A DNA stretch of 64,000 bases from Gemmatimonadota bacterium (GCA_040389905.1 JAZJZK010000007.1:441026-505025), one strand, 5' to 3'. Positions 8,904-22,505 are shown, counted from the stretch's first letter. Notes: a model not told the origin generated them from the sequence alone. A program made the numbers and translations.

Positions 8904-10382
8904 ATGATTCTCGTCTGGATGATCGCGTCGGTTTTTGTCGCACTGTTGTTTGCAGCAGGCGCTGCCATCCTGACACGCGTGGGAATGTTGTATCGTGGAG
9001 TTCCGCTTCGCTTTCTGTGGGCTGGCGGCATCGTTGCCTCCGTTGCGGTTGCGGGCTGGATGGCGATACCGCGTGCCACCCGATCAGCCGCTATGGAGCG
9101 CTCGCTGGATGCGGCGACCATGCCACCCGCAAGCCCGCACGAAGCGACACGCAGGCTGCCTGAGAAGGTCGCCCAGTTTCCGCGTCCTGAGAATATCGAG
9201 GTGCCCGAATTACCAGCGAATATCGAGCTCAGTTTGCTGGCGGTGTGGGCCGCTTCGTCGGTGGGATTTATCGTTCTGCTGACACGATCTCTGCGCCGGT
9301 TGCGGCGAGATGCCCGCCTCTGGCGAGGCGCACAGGTCGCCGCGACTGACGTTCTGGTTTCAGAGGATTTCGGTCCAGCGGTCGTCGGCATCTACAGGCC
9401 GGTGATCGTCGTTCCCGAGTGGGTCCTCGCTTCGAACGAGGTGGTGCAGCGCGCAATCGTTGTCCACGAAACAGAGCACCGGCTATCCGGTGACCACGTG
9501 CTGTTGCTCACGGGAATTGCCGGCGTGGTGTTGATGCCATGGAATATCGGACTATGGCTGAGCTGGCGCGGCCTCCGGCACGCGACAGAGTTGGACTGCG
9601 ATGCGCGCGTCGTTGCGAGGGGAACCGATGCCGGGACGTATGCCGGCATACTGCTGCATGCGTTGGAGAACTCACGAGGTGGGATGCGCCTGTCCGTCGC
9701 GTTCGCCAGACGCGCCTCTGGTCTCGGTGCGCGTGTTGAACATCTATTGCGGCGGGAGCCGCGGAGAAAGGCGATGAAAACCATGATCGGTATCGCGCTC
9801 GCGGTAGTGCTCTCGGTGGCCGCAACGGCCGCGCCTGCGATTCAGGAGCGCACTCACATGCGCCCGGCGGCGCACCACCCACTTGTCATTATCGACGGCG
9901 TGAAACACGCCGAGCTGGAAGGCCTCGGTTCACCAGGAGCGCCATCCCGCGATCAGATCCTGGAAATGCAGATGCTCGAACCTCCCGTAGCCGAGGCTCG
10001 TTTTGGAGCAGCGGCGAAGTATGGCGTCGCGATTTTCTATACGAAAAAGTACGTCGCCGAGGGCGGGCAGAAGGCGGTGATTCCGGGCGCGAACCACGCG
10101 GCATTCAAGGACGAGCACGTGGGTGAGAGGAACAGCGCGATCATGAACGACTTGTTCAAGGGTATCGTGCTGAGTCAAGAAGCCATGTCCAAGGCTCGCA
10201 CGCTGATCGGTCGCGAGCGCAATGCATCTGGCAGTTATTGGGGTCCTCTACCAGTCGCCAAGCGGAAGTCGCTCATACGTCACCGCGACGAACAGCTCAG
10301 GGCGCTCCTCCGTTCCGACGACGATCGACAGCGCTTCGACGATCAGGCCGCCGCGTGGAGCACGAAGGAACTCGCTCGCTGA
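8904..10382 (+). CDS. BlaR1/M56-family membrane metallopeptidase with C-terminal plug-like extracytoplasmic region
   Basis: GPAVVGIYRPVIVVPEW, HETEH (HExxH), ELDCDARV, PLVIIDGV. Confidence 0.88.
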   Translation: MILVWMIASVFVALLFAAGAAILTRVGMLYRGVPLRFLWAGGIVASVAVAGWMAIPRATRSAAMERSLDAATMPPASPHEATRRLPEKVAQFPRPENIEVPELPANIELSLLAVWAASSVGFIVLLTRSLRRLRRDARLWRGAQVAATDVLVSEDFGPAVVGIYRPVIVVPEWVLASNEVVQRAIVVHETEHRLSGDHVLLLTGIAGVVLMPWNIGLWLSWRGLRHATELDCDARVVARGTDAGTYAGILLHALENSRGGMRLSVAFARRASGLGARVEHLLRREPRRKAMKTMIGIALAVVLSVAATAAPAIQERTHMRPAAHHPLVIIDGVKHAELEGLGSPGAPSRDQILEMQMLEPPVAEARFGAAAKYGVAIFYTKKYVAEGGQKAVIPGANHAAFKDEHVGERNSAIMNDLFKGIVLSQEAMSKARTLIGRERNASGSYWGPLPVAKRKSLIRHRDEQLRALLRSDDDRQRFDDQAAAWSTKELAR

Positions 10383-10392
10383 GGCGTACGGC

Positions 10393-10481
10393 TGTCATCC
10401 TGAGGGAAGTCGAGGGATCTGTACTGCCGCCTGTATACGGCGTGCAGACTCTTCGACTCGCTTCGCTCGCTCAGGGTGACA
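10393..10481. repeat. REP-like palindrome, family D
   Basis: TGTCATCCTGAGGGAAGTCGAGGGATCTG ... CAGACTCTTCGACTCGCTTCGCTCGCTCAGGGTGACA between convergent genes. Confidence 0.8.
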
Positions 10482-10564
10482 CTCGTGAAATAGGCAGTTT
10501 CAGGATGGCGACTAACCAACTTCGGAGAACGAAGTTCGATAGATACAGGTATTCGCGATCAACC

Positions 10565-12874
10565 TTACGGTTTCGCCGGAACCGCCTTGCTCTTGACCGT
10601 ATCTCCAAGAATCTGTGCGGCCGGCGACGGACTCGTTTCCGGCGCCGTCAACTGCATCTGCGAGAGGAGGTCGTCCAGCTTTACCCCCTTCGCCACATCG
10701 CGGGCCTGCGCCATCACTCGTGCCGCAGCGGACATGTCTCCAGTCGTTTGAAGCACCTCCGCGAGCATCAATCCTGTCGCGACGTACAGATACGGGATGC
10801 CGACCGACGGGCGATCGACCCAATCGTGTCGTGATGCGAGCGACTTCTGGCCGGTGAACACCGTGTCCCACAAGGCGCGCGTCCGCTTGAGATCGATCCA
10901 GCCCGCACCGGGCATCATCAGCGTGTCCTTTCCCGGTACTGCGGGCGGCACGAAGACCTTCGTGGCCAGACCCTGCGTGAGCAGATAGTTGCCGATGCCA
11001 AGTTCCTGACCGTAGCCGGCCGATGTGCGGCTGAGATAAATCGGCCGCTCAGCGTACGAGTCCGCGATCATGCGGAGCACGAAAATGTCCGCACGCTGCA
11101 ACACCCCTTGAATGGACAAGCGCTGCGGGTCGATCGTGGCGGTGATGGGCCCCCCTTGGCCAAACAGCATCGGCCGATCGAGCTGGATGTACGGCGGCAC
11201 AGAATCCGCCTGCGACGTGGTCATCTTGAGCGGCGAGCCCACCGGCTTCTTCCACGTGCCGTTTCTGTAGACGGCAGGACCAGCGGCCCGGTCGTACTCG
11301 TACACCGGCCGGCGGATCAGCTGTCTCGTGTACCAGTCGGTGTTCAGCAGCGATGTATTCGCCACGACGACGTCCTGCCGAATGTGCTCGACCTCCTGCG
11401 CATACCAGAGCGGGAACGTGTCGTTGTCACCGACCGTCACGAGCACGCCGTACGGCTCGACGGAGTTGAGGAGGTCGCGCGCGAAGTCGACGGTATCGGT
11501 CTGGCCGGCGCGTGACGCCGTCGTCCAGTTGGTGAACAGCGGAATGAGGGCGAGCGCCAGGATCGGCGACGCCATCTTCAATGCGCTGTGCGTGGGTCGC
11601 TCGTACGTCTCGCGTCCCTCGGTCACCGTTTCCCGTGCAATCAGCGACGCGATGGAATCCCACACCGCGACGAGGCCGAGCGCTGCCCACACCCCCCACG
11701 CCGAGAAGCTCCAGAGATAGAAATAGTCTCGGTCGCGCACTTCGCGGTTGACCCCTGAAAGCTCAGGATCCTGCGACGCGCCGTACTTGAAGTTCAGGTA
11801 GTAGATGAGCACGAGCGTCATCGTGAACATCAGCGACCCGAAGTACCAGAAACTTCGTCGGTCTCGTTGATAGTGGACGTAGCCCCCCAGCAGTCCGAGC
11901 ACCAGGAACATCGCCGCGAGGATGCTTTGCGCGAATGGGTGATCGTAATGCGCGTCACGGAGGAACTGCCACTTGTAATAGAGCCACCACATGCCGAGCT
12001 GCGCCGAGAACGGCGCCTGACGTTCGGAGAGCTCCGGCTTTCCGTACTGGCCGCGGTTGAAGTTGTACATGAAGGCGTCGTACGTCCCCGCACTGAACGT
12101 GCAGCTCACCTTCAGTCCTTCTCGGCACGCGGTGGGCTCACCCTCGTTGAGCGCGGGAAAGTGCGCAGCGCGGATGGGCTGGATCGCGAATGGCGTGATG
12201 CCGAAGAACAACGCGCCGGCGCACGCGAGGAGCAGCTTCCACCGGAGCACCGTGCGCCACCGAACAAGAATGACGGCCGCCGCGACGGCCGGGGACGCCA
12301 GCATGCCGGCCATGTGGTTGGCGTAACCAAGTCCGCAGAGGTACGCGACCAGCACCAGGATGCGATCGGCCTTCCGTCCGTCCGGCTCGTCACACCAGCG
12401 AATCATCAACCACGAGATGACCGCGATGCCGAGAAGCGAGACGGTGTACACCTTCTCGTTGACGACGCTCTGGTTCCACACCGTGAACGACGTCGCCCCG
12501 ATGAGCGCGGCGAGCGACCCGCCCAGAATGCGCTGCCACCGCTCGGCGAACCAACTGACGAGAACGCGTTCGGTGATGAGGAACCACATGCCGGCTGAGA
12601 CGGCGCTGCAGACGGCGGCCAGGATGTTGATTCGTTTGGCGACCGAGCCCGCGATGGGCAGGATCGCGAAGACCCGGCCGATCAGCACGAACAGCGGGTT
12701 TCCTGGTGGATGCGGCAACCCGAGTGTGTAGGCCGCCGTGATGTACTCGCTCGTATCCCACATCGCCGTGGAGGGGGCGAGTGTGATGAGGTACACCACG
12801 AAAACGATCGCTGTCACAATGGCCGCGGCCAGGTATGACGGGCGGTAGTCGAGATCTGACTGCGGAGAAGTCAC
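10565..12874 (-). CDS. DUF2723-type GT-C membrane glycosyltransferase (TMEM260-like)
   Basis: WDTSEYITAAYTLGLPHPPGNPLF, multiple TMs, REVRDRDYFY, GDNDTFPLWYAQEVE. Confidence 0.88.
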   Translation of the reverse strand: MTSPQSDLDYRPSYLAAAIVTAIVFVVYLITLAPSTAMWDTSEYITAAYTLGLPHPPGNPLFVLIGRVFAILPIAGSVAKRINILAAVCSAVSAGMWFLITERVLVSWFAERWQRILGGSLAALIGATSFTVWNQSVVNEKVYTVSLLGIAVISWLMIRWCDEPDGRKADRILVLVAYLCGLGYANHMAGMLASPAVAAAVILVRWRTVLRWKLLLACAGALFFGITPFAIQPIRAAHFPALNEGEPTACREGLKVSCTFSAGTYDAFMYNFNRGQYGKPELSERQAPFSAQLGMWWLYYKWQFLRDAHYDHPFAQSILAAMFLVLGLLGGYVHYQRDRRSFWYFGSLMFTMTLVLIYYLNFKYGASQDPELSGVNREVRDRDYFYLWSFSAWGVWAALGLVAVWDSIASLIARETVTEGRETYERPTHSALKMASPILALALIPLFTNWTTASRAGQTDTVDFARDLLNSVEPYGVLVTVGDNDTFPLWYAQEVEHIRQDVVVANTSLLNTDWYTRQLIRRPVYEYDRAAGPAVYRNGTWKKPVGSPLKMTTSQADSVPPYIQLDRPMLFGQGGPITATIDPQRLSIQGVLQRADIFVLRMIADSYAERPIYLSRTSAGYGQELGIGNYLLTQGLATKVFVPPAVPGKDTLMMPGAGWIDLKRTRALWDTVFTGQKSLASRHDWVDRPSVGIPYLYVATGLMLAEVLQTTGDMSAAARVMAQARDVAKGVKLDDLLSQMQLTAPETSPSPAAQILGDTVKSKAVPAKP

Positions 12875-12950
12875 GGGGTTGGGCTGAAAGGGTACAGCTT
12901 GGAAAGATGGCGAGGATGCGGCAACAGGCGCTAGTCGTACCCGAGCTCGT

Positions 12951-14483
12951 CTAGTGCCTGAACAGGCGCACGCCCGTAAAGATCATCGCGATGTCGTGCT
13001 CGTCGGCGGCCGCGATGACGTCGGCGTCACGCACAGATCCGCCGGGCTGCACGATGGCGCGTACCCCTGCGCCGGCCGCCTGATCCACGCCATCCCGAAA
13101 TGGAAAAAAGGCATCCGACCCAAGCGCCGAGCCCGCCGTTGCGTGCTCGGCGAGGCCGGCCTTGTGGACGGCGAGGAATGCGGCGTCGACGCGGGACATC
13201 TGGCCGGCTCCAATGCCGATCGTGGCGCCGTCGCGAGCCAGGACGATCGCGTTGGACTTGACGCTTGCAACCGCGCGCCACGCGAACAGGAGATCACGAC
13301 GCTCCTCGGCGGTGGGTTGCCGCTTCGTGACAACGGACCACTTGGCGTCATCGATGACGGCGGGCGGGCGCTGCTGCACGAGCAACCCGCCGCGCACCCG
13401 CTTGTAGTCCAGTGCTTTCGAACTCCACGTCGCGCGCCCCTCGAGCACGCGGAGGTTCTTTTTCCGAAGGAGTACCTCGAGTGCTGCGGGAGCGTACGCC
13501 GGCGCGACGACGCATTCAACGAACAGGCTCGACACGGCGTTGGCGGCCGCTTCGTCCACGGGCGTACTGAAGGAAATCACCGAACCGAACGCAGACACGG
13601 GGTCGCAGGCCAGCGCCTTCGTGTACGCGGAGAGCGGATCACTACCGGTCGCGAGCCCGCATGGCGTCGTGTGCTTGATGATCGCGCAGCAGGTCTCCTC
13701 GCCGAATGGCTCGATCGCGAGGAGAGCGCCCTCGAGATCCAGGAGGTTGTTGAACGAGAGCTCCTTCCCCCCGTGTTGCTTCAGCCCTGCGAGTCCGCCG
13801 CCCTTCCGTTCGACATAGAACGCTGCTGCCTGCCCGGGATTCTCCCCATACCGAAGATCCTGCGCCTTTTCGAGCGGCAAGCAGATGCGATCGGGAAAGG
13901 GATCGCTCCGCTGGCCGGCAAACCATGCGGCGATCGCGGAATCGTACGCCGCGGTGTGCTCGAACACCTTCGCCGCAAGGCGGCGGCGTGCATCGATGTC
14001 GTCCCTGCCCGACGCGAGAAGGGCGAGCACCGGAGCATAGTCGGCAGGGTCCACGACGGTCGTCACCGACGCGAAGTTCTTCGCCGCCGACCGGAGCATG
14101 CTCGGCCCGCCGATGTCGATCTGCTCGATGACGTCCTCCGGCGAGGCGTCTGCGCGAGACGCTGTTTGCTGGAACGGGTACAGGTTGACGACGACGAGAT
14201 CGATCGGTTCGATCGCATGCTCGGCGATGGCCTGCATGTGCTCGGGAAGATCGCGTCGCGCGAGCAACCCGCCATGCACCGCCGGATGTAGTGTCTTCAC
14301 GCGCCCGTCGAGCATCTCGGGGAAGTTGGTCACGTCACTGACGTCCGTGACTGGAATGCTCGCCTCGCGGATGGCGCGTGCGGTGCCGCCGGTGGAGATC
14401 AATTCCCATCCGGTGGCGTGGAGGACTCGTGCGAAATCGATGAGACCGGTCTTATCCGAAACAGAAAGGAGGGCGCGGGGCAT
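12951..14483 (-). CDS. purH: bifunctional AICAR formyltransferase/IMP cyclohydrolase
   Basis: [55 protein letters not shown]. Confidence 0.98.
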   Translation of the reverse strand: MPRALLSVSDKTGLIDFARVLHATGWELISTGGTARAIREASIPVTDVSDVTNFPEMLDGRVKTLHPAVHGGLLARRDLPEHMQAIAEHAIEPIDLVVVNLYPFQQTASRADASPEDVIEQIDIGGPSMLRSAAKNFASVTTVVDPADYAPVLALLASGRDDIDARRRLAAKVFEHTAAYDSAIAAWFAGQRSDPFPDRICLPLEKAQDLRYGENPGQAAAFYVERKGGGLAGLKQHGGKELSFNNLLDLEGALLAIEPFGEETCCAIIKHTTPCGLATGSDPLSAYTKALACDPVSAFGSVISFSTPVDEAAANAVSSLFVECVVAPAYAPAALEVLLRKKNLRVLEGRATWSSKALDYKRVRGGLLVQQRPPAVIDDAKWSVVTKRQPTAEERRDLLFAWRAVASVKSNAIVLARDGATIGIGAGQMSRVDAAFLAVHKAGLAEHATAGSALGSDAFFPFRDGVDQAAGAGVRAIVQPGGSVRDADVIAAADEHDIAMIFTGVRLFRH

Positions 14484-14533
14484 TTCGTTGTGGTTTAGTA
14501 GTGTGTTGCCGGGCCAGTTGCGCTAACTCGCTT

Positions 14534-14724
14534 ACCGCAGAGGGCGCAGAGGAGCAGAGGTTCGCGGAGGAACTGCGTGAGGTGCAGACCCCTCGACTCG
14601 CTTCGCTCGCTCGGGGTGACATGCTGGATGCCGTTCCGCTCGTTTTGTCGCCATGAGCGAAGCGAAGGGCCTGCACCCGCCGTTGCAGTCCTCTGCGTTC
14701 CTCTGCTCCTCTGCGCCCTGCGGT
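14534..14724. repeat. composite palindromic element: family C arms (ACCGCAGAG 9-mer repeats) enclosing family D arms
   Basis: ACCGCAGAGGGCGCAGAGGAGCAGAGG ... CTCTGCGTTCCTCTGCTCCTCTGCGCCCTGCGGT; interior CTCGACTCGCTTCGCTCGCTCGGGGTGACA...TGTCGCCATGAGCGAAGCGAAGGG. Confidence 0.85.
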
Positions 14725-14737
14725 TCAAACGACGCAA

Positions 14738-15451
14738 TCATGTACCAACCTCTATGGCCAAATCGAGCGCACGCCCAAGTGAAGCATCGTCGAGAGCTGG
14801 ATCGAAGACTGGAACGTCACCGTCGCGGAAGAATGGCGGCGTCACCACTCCATCGTCGCCAAGTCGCAAACGCCCTGACGCCACCGCCTGAATCACCCTC
14901 GGATACAAGAGATGCTCCGCCCGCAACACCCGCTCGGCAAGTGCATGATCATCGTCTCCAGCGAGCACCGGCACCGGCCAATGCGCAATAGGGGCACCGT
15001 GATCGAACACCTCATCGACAAAGTGCACCGTTGGTCCGCTCCACGGCACGCCCGCTGCGAGTACCGCCTGATGCGCACGCGACCCGTACATGCCGGTTCC
15101 ACCAAAGGCGGGCAGGGGAGCAGGGTGCACATTGACCATGCGCCCGACGAACCGGCGTGTCACATCGATCGGGATCAGCTTGAGATAGCCCGCGAGGACG
15201 ATGAGGTCCACGGAGAAGCGCGTCAACACATCGTCGAGTTGCTCGCCGGCTCGCCCGGCACTGGTCGAGAGCACGGCCGTTGCGACGCCCGCGCCTTCCG
15301 CGCGTGCGAGCGCGCCCGCCGACCCACGATCCGAGGCGACGAGGACGACGTCTCCAGCGCGCGCTGGACCAAGCCGCGCCAGGTAGTCGAGCAGCGCCTG
15401 AAGATTCGAGCCGCCTCCACTCGCGAGAACGCCAATGCGGGCACGCGTCAT
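14738..15451 (-). CDS. purN: phosphoribosylglycinamide formyltransferase
   Basis: VLASGGGSNLQAL, LIVLAGYLK, NVHP, TVHFVDEVFDHG. Confidence 0.96.
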   Translation of the reverse strand: MTRARIGVLASGGGSNLQALLDYLARLGPARAGDVVLVASDRGSAGALARAEGAGVATAVLSTSAGRAGEQLDDVLTRFSVDLIVLAGYLKLIPIDVTRRFVGRMVNVHPAPLPAFGGTGMYGSRAHQAVLAAGVPWSGPTVHFVDEVFDHGAPIAHWPVPVLAGDDDHALAERVLRAEHLLYPRVIQAVASGRLRLGDDGVVTPPFFRDGDVPVFDPALDDASLGRALDLAIEVGT

Positions 15452-16011
15452 TTATGAGGGCCGACCAGCAGCGAGACGGCAGATTTCAGGCTGTCCACGA
15501 TGGGACGATCGGCCGCCGACGCCAACGCGAGATCCGCCGCATCCGTCCGCGGCGAGCGCACCAGCGCGGCGTGACCACCAAACGCCGAAGCCGCCGCTAT
15601 GTCACGTCCCCTGTCGCCGATGTACAAACAACGCGAGAGGTCGAGGTCGTGCACGGCAGCCGCCCGTTCGTAGAGGGCGGTCGCTGGCTTGCGGCACGCG
15701 CATGGCCCGGTGAACTCCGGATGGTGTGGACAGACGAAAGTGTCCAGCATCCTTACGCCTTCGGAGGCGAGCAATTCATCGAGGCGTCGCCGAACCGCGT
15801 GATACTGCGCGATCGTCACAAGCCCTCGTGCGATGCCGGATTGATTCGTGAACACGATTGGTGAAAAGCCGGCCATCGCGAGCGTTCGGAGCGCCTCGGC
15901 GGCGCCGTCCAGCAGAACGACATCGTCGGGATCGTTCGTGTAGTCCCGATCGTGGATGATGGTTCCGTCGCGATCGAGGAGCGCCGCGGCGCGGCTCCGG
16001 CGCTCACCCAC
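15448..16011 (-). CDS. gmhB: HAD-IIIA hydrolase, D-glycero-D-manno-heptose-1,7-bisphosphate phosphatase-like
   Basis: LDRDGTI, TNQSGIARG, CPHHP...CACRKP, IGDRGRD; GTG start at 16011 overlaps the selA stop. Confidence 0.85.
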   Translation of the reverse strand: MGERRSRAAALLDRDGTIIHDRDYTNDPDDVVLLDGAAEALRTLAMAGFSPIVFTNQSGIARGLVTIAQYHAVRRRLDELLASEGVRMLDTFVCPHHPEFTGPCACRKPATALYERAAAVHDLDLSRCLYIGDRGRDIAAASAFGGHAALVRSPRTDAADLALASAADRPIVDSLKSAVSLLVGPHK

Positions 16012-17362
16012 GCGCCGTCGTGACCGCCGAGATGAGGCCGGCGACTTCGCCATCCGAGATCGCGCGGAAGTCGAGCAACAGCCGTCCGTCGTGCACGCGT
16101 CCGACAACCGCAGGTGCTCCACGACGCAGGCGCGCGGCGCATTCCTCGGCGTTGCCAGACAGCGAGATGGCGATGCTCGGAAGTTGCGCGCGCGAGAACG
16201 CACCTGCACCCACGGTCGAAATGCTGTCCACGAGCGAGCACTCCACACCAGCGTCCAGCAGGGCATTTGCCACACGGGTCGCGCGCTCGCGAAGTTCCTC
16301 GACAGGGGCGCCGAGCAGCGCGAGCGTGGGGATTTCGCGGAGCGCTCGCGCCGGCTCTCGATACAGCGCGAGCGTCGCCTCGAGCGCAGAGAGCGTGAGC
16401 TTGTCGACCCGAAATGATCGCGTGAGTGGATTGCGTCGCATGGCGTCGATCAACTGTCGCGCACCGAGTATGATGCCCGCCTGTGGCCCGCCGAGCAGCT
16501 TGTCGCCGCTCATCACCACGATTGCGGCGCCGGCAGCCAGCGCCTCGCGTGCCGTCGGCTCGCCAGTCAAGCCAATGGACGCGAGGGAAATAAGCAGGCC
16601 GCTGCCGAGATCATGAACTACCGGCAGGGCGCGCTGCCTCGCCAACGGAGCAAGATCCCGGACCGACGCCTCGGCGACGAACCCCTCCACGGCGAAGTTG
16701 CTGCGGTGCACCTTGAGAATCGCACCGGTCGCGCGACTCATCGCCTTCATGTAGTCCGCGACGTGGGTGCGGTTGGTCGATCCGACTTCGCGGAGAAAGG
16801 CTCCGCTCTTCGCCATGATCTCGTGAATGCGAAAGCTTCCGCCGATCTCCACGAGCTCACCGCGCGAGATGATCGCTTCGCGGCCCTCGGCCAACGTGTT
16901 CAGCGAGAGGACCAGCGCCGCCGCGCAGTTGTTGACGACCAGCGCATCCTCGGCACCCGTGAGCTCTCGCAAGAGCGACGCGCAGTGCACGTAGCGAGAG
17001 CCGCGGGTTCCCTCGCCGAGATTGTACTCGAGATTGCTGTATCCGCGGGCGACGCGTGCGATCGCATCCAGCGCGACGCGCGGAAGTGGTGCGCGACCGA
17101 GGTTCGTATGCAGCACGATGCCGGTTGCGTTGATCACACTGCGCAGCGACGGCTGGAGCACGAGTGCGACCCGCGCAGCAATTTCATCCACCCACGCACG
17201 ATCGTCAGCCGGATGTTCGAGCGTTTCATCGCGATACCGCCCGATGATCTCGCGCACGGCCTCCACGACGATTGTCCGTGGCGCGCGCTCGAGGAGCGCG
17301 CGCACGCCGGCGCTCTCGAGGAGCGCGTTGACGCTCGGGAGGGCGCGACGCGAATCGCTCAT
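16004..17362 (-). CDS. selA: L-seryl-tRNA(Sec) selenium transferase
   Basis: VINATGIVLHTNLGRAPL, VVNNCAAA, SRGELVEIGGSFRI, SGDKLLGGPQAG. Confidence 0.96.
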   Translation of the reverse strand: MSDSRRALPSVNALLESAGVRALLERAPRTIVVEAVREIIGRYRDETLEHPADDRAWVDEIAARVALVLQPSLRSVINATGIVLHTNLGRAPLPRVALDAIARVARGYSNLEYNLGEGTRGSRYVHCASLLRELTGAEDALVVNNCAAALVLSLNTLAEGREAIISRGELVEIGGSFRIHEIMAKSGAFLREVGSTNRTHVADYMKAMSRATGAILKVHRSNFAVEGFVAEASVRDLAPLARQRALPVVHDLGSGLLISLASIGLTGEPTAREALAAGAAIVVMSGDKLLGGPQAGIILGARQLIDAMRRNPLTRSFRVDKLTLSALEATLALYREPARALREIPTLALLGAPVEELRERATRVANALLDAGVECSLVDSISTVGAGAFSRAQLPSIAISLSGNAEECAARLRRGAPAVVGRVHDGRLLLDFRAISDGEVAGLISAVTTARG

Positions 17363-18569
17363 CGTCGCGGTGGCGCGGCGGGTCGAGGAGCGGGAGTGGC
17401 CGGCGGCTTCGCGGAGTCGGGCTTCGCGGGCGTTGGCGCCTTGGGTGTGGTGAATGTGCGATCGCTCGGCTGCTCGCGGCCGCTCAGTCCCTTGATGCCG
17501 CTCACACTCAAACGATACGGAGTATTTGGTGCGAGGGGCCGGGTGAGCTTAAGCACCACTGCCGTGAAGGGCGGCGCTCGGGACGGTTTTGGCGGCGGCG
17601 GTGGCGGCGCCTTCCCGCCAGGTGCGACTTGCGCCGGTGGCGTCGCAGGAGGCGCCGGTTTGCCGGCGAGCGAGTCGGCGCGGCGCGCCGAATCTGCCTT
17701 CGTCTTGGTGGCAATGCTGTCTTGAATCTTCACCTGCGCGGGCGACATCGCCCTGAGGAGCGGCACGTCGGCACTGTCCGCGCTCTTGAGGCGAAAGAAA
17801 CTCGATGCGATCGGTTGCGCGGGCTCGAGCGCTCGGTCGAACGTCACGTTCAGCGTCACCGAGTCCGTGATCGCGACGGTGAGGATTCGAGCGGGCAACG
17901 TGTCACGCACTGCCGTCAGCAATTCGGCGGGCGCCGCCTGGGGTACGGTGATACGTACGGTATCCGTTGCTTCGCTGCGGTCGGCGTTTCTGTTGCCGTT
18001 CTGGTCGATGGTTGCGCGAAGGAGATAACTGCCCGCCGGCAATGGGCCAACCACGAAGTGACCGAGCGAATCCGCCTGTGCCAGATAGATGATGCTGTCG
18101 GGCGTGACGGCCTCGATTAACGCACTCGGCGCGGGCCGCTCCGAGCCCCAATCGAACGCCGTACCGGTAATGCGCTCCTTCGGAATGGTGGGGCCGGTCG
18201 AGAAGACCAGAGTCGTACCCGTCTTCATCTTGTTCGACGAAAGATCGGACAGCCCCGGAAGCATTGTGATCACATAGGCCGTGTTGGGTCGGAACCCATG
18301 CCGCGGGCGAATGTCGATGCGTTTGCGGTGCCAGCTGACGTGCGGCGCTCCGTCCGACGGCGACAACAGGAAGTACGCGTCGACCTCCTGCGCGCCGCTT
18401 CCACGATCGTTGATCGTCTCGTCGAAGTAAAAGCTCGCGTTTGCGGCTGTGACGTTGAGCGCGTTCGTGTCCGGTTCCGCCTTCACGAGCATTGGTGGCG
18501 CCTTATCCTCTGGGCCGCCTGGCGGCGGCGCCGCGGATGCGCACGCCGTGAGCGTGACCAGAAGTGCAA

Positions 18570-18585
<16 letters not shown>
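17359..18585 (-). CDS. lipoprotein with bacterial Ig-like (Big_5/SbsA-type) domains and Pro-rich linkers
   Basis: GTG start MRKGLIALLVTLTA-C lipobox; PPGGPEDKAPP; FRPNTAYVITM...LSDL...VFSTG. Confidence 0.75.
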
Positions 18586-21368
<2,783 letters not shown>

Positions 21369-21417
21369 GACCCGTGAAAGCTAATCCACGGGCCATGGGG
21401 CTTGAACTGCGCGCTGG

Positions 21418-22212
21418 TTACAGAGGATCAGCGACGTGATCGGCTTTCGGCACACCGCCGGGAGCGATCGGCGAGCCGCCGGCACGATCTGCCTTCACCG
21501 CCTTCTTCTCGCGCACACGACGCTCCGCGATTCCACTGACGTCGTCGGCCGCTTCCATCAACTCCGCGTCGGCGCTGGACCAACGCTCCACCAATTCCGT
21601 CTTCGGGCTCGAATGACGATCGACATCGGCGGACGAGCCCTGCCGCGTGCGGCCGGTACCGACCGTCCGCCCTTCCCAATGCGCTTCCGTGTGTGCGTCA
21701 TCGCCCTCCGCGAACAAGCGCGCGTGATCGGCGATGCGCTCTTCCTCGTCGCCCACCGCAATGCGGTTCACGACCGTGGAGACGCCTGGGACACCGCGCG
21801 CAATCGTGACGGCGTGCTCCGATTCCTCCTCCGTAGTGACCCACCCGGCGAGCTCGATCGTCGATTCGCCGATGCCGCCGATGTCGATGGCTCGCTCGCA
21901 CAGAATGGGGTCGTTGCGAAATGCCTCGAGCACGCGCTCCTCGAGACCGGATTCGCCGCCCTGTTCCTCGATCTCGTCGTCTTCGTATTCGTCGTAGTCC
22001 GAGAAATCGTCGGCGACAGATGGCGCGGCCGCATCGGCGTCCTGCGTGCCGGCCTTCCGGCGGCGAACCTTGTTCGCCAAGCCACTGAAGCCCCCCACCC
22101 GCTGGGCGACATACATCCCGACCGCGAAACCGGCGAGCGCGCCCAACAGAACGCTCGTGACCGTCCCCGCAACGTGGGACTCTTCCTCTTCTCGAAATCG
22201 CAAAAATGACAT
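21418..22212 (-). CDS. BON-domain protein with N-terminal membrane anchor
   Basis: TM LLGALAGFAVGMYVA, acidic tract, BON LEERVLEAFRNDP...IELAGWV...ARGVPGVSTVVNRI. Confidence 0.8.
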   Translation of the reverse strand: MSFLRFREEEESHVAGTVTSVLLGALAGFAVGMYVAQRVGGFSGLANKVRRRKAGTQDADAAAPSVADDFSDYDEYEDDEIEEQGGESGLEERVLEAFRNDPILCERAIDIGGIGESTIELAGWVTTEEESEHAVTIARGVPGVSTVVNRIAVGDEEERIADHARLFAEGDDAHTEAHWEGRTVGTGRTRQGSSADVDRHSSPKTELVERWSSADAELMEAADDVSGIAERRVREKKAVKADRAGGSPIAPGGVPKADHVADPL

Positions 22213-22324
22213 AGCGGAAAGCCTGTGGCGTAGGGTCTGCCGCAAGGATAGCTTGCAGAGGGATTTTCTGCGAACTTGGGTGCAAGAAGAAGGCCCGAAT
22301 TTTTTCCCTTAACTTTTTCGGCCC

Positions 22325-22483
22325 TTGCGCATCTCGCGAATTTTCCGCACCGACGACGGTTCGCTCGACGAACCAATTCCCGTCCGCCGAATGCTCCTGT
22401 GGGCACTCGTGTGGATCGGAGTGCTCGTCGGCGTCGTCCTGTATTTCCAGTACGCACGGCTGCTGGTGCCGCTGCTCGGCTGA
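22325..22483 (+). CDS. small single-TM protein (52 aa, TTG start; alternative ATG 22391)
   Basis: MRISRIFRTDDGSLDEPIPVRRMLLWALVWIGVLVGVVLYFQYARLLVPLLG*; GC3-rich codons; ends 22 nt before thrS. Confidence 0.6.
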   Translation: MRISRIFRTDDGSLDEPIPVRRMLLWALVWIGVLVGVVLYFQYARLLVPLLG

Positions 22484-22505
22484 CGTCCCACACCCAACGT
22501 TTCAG

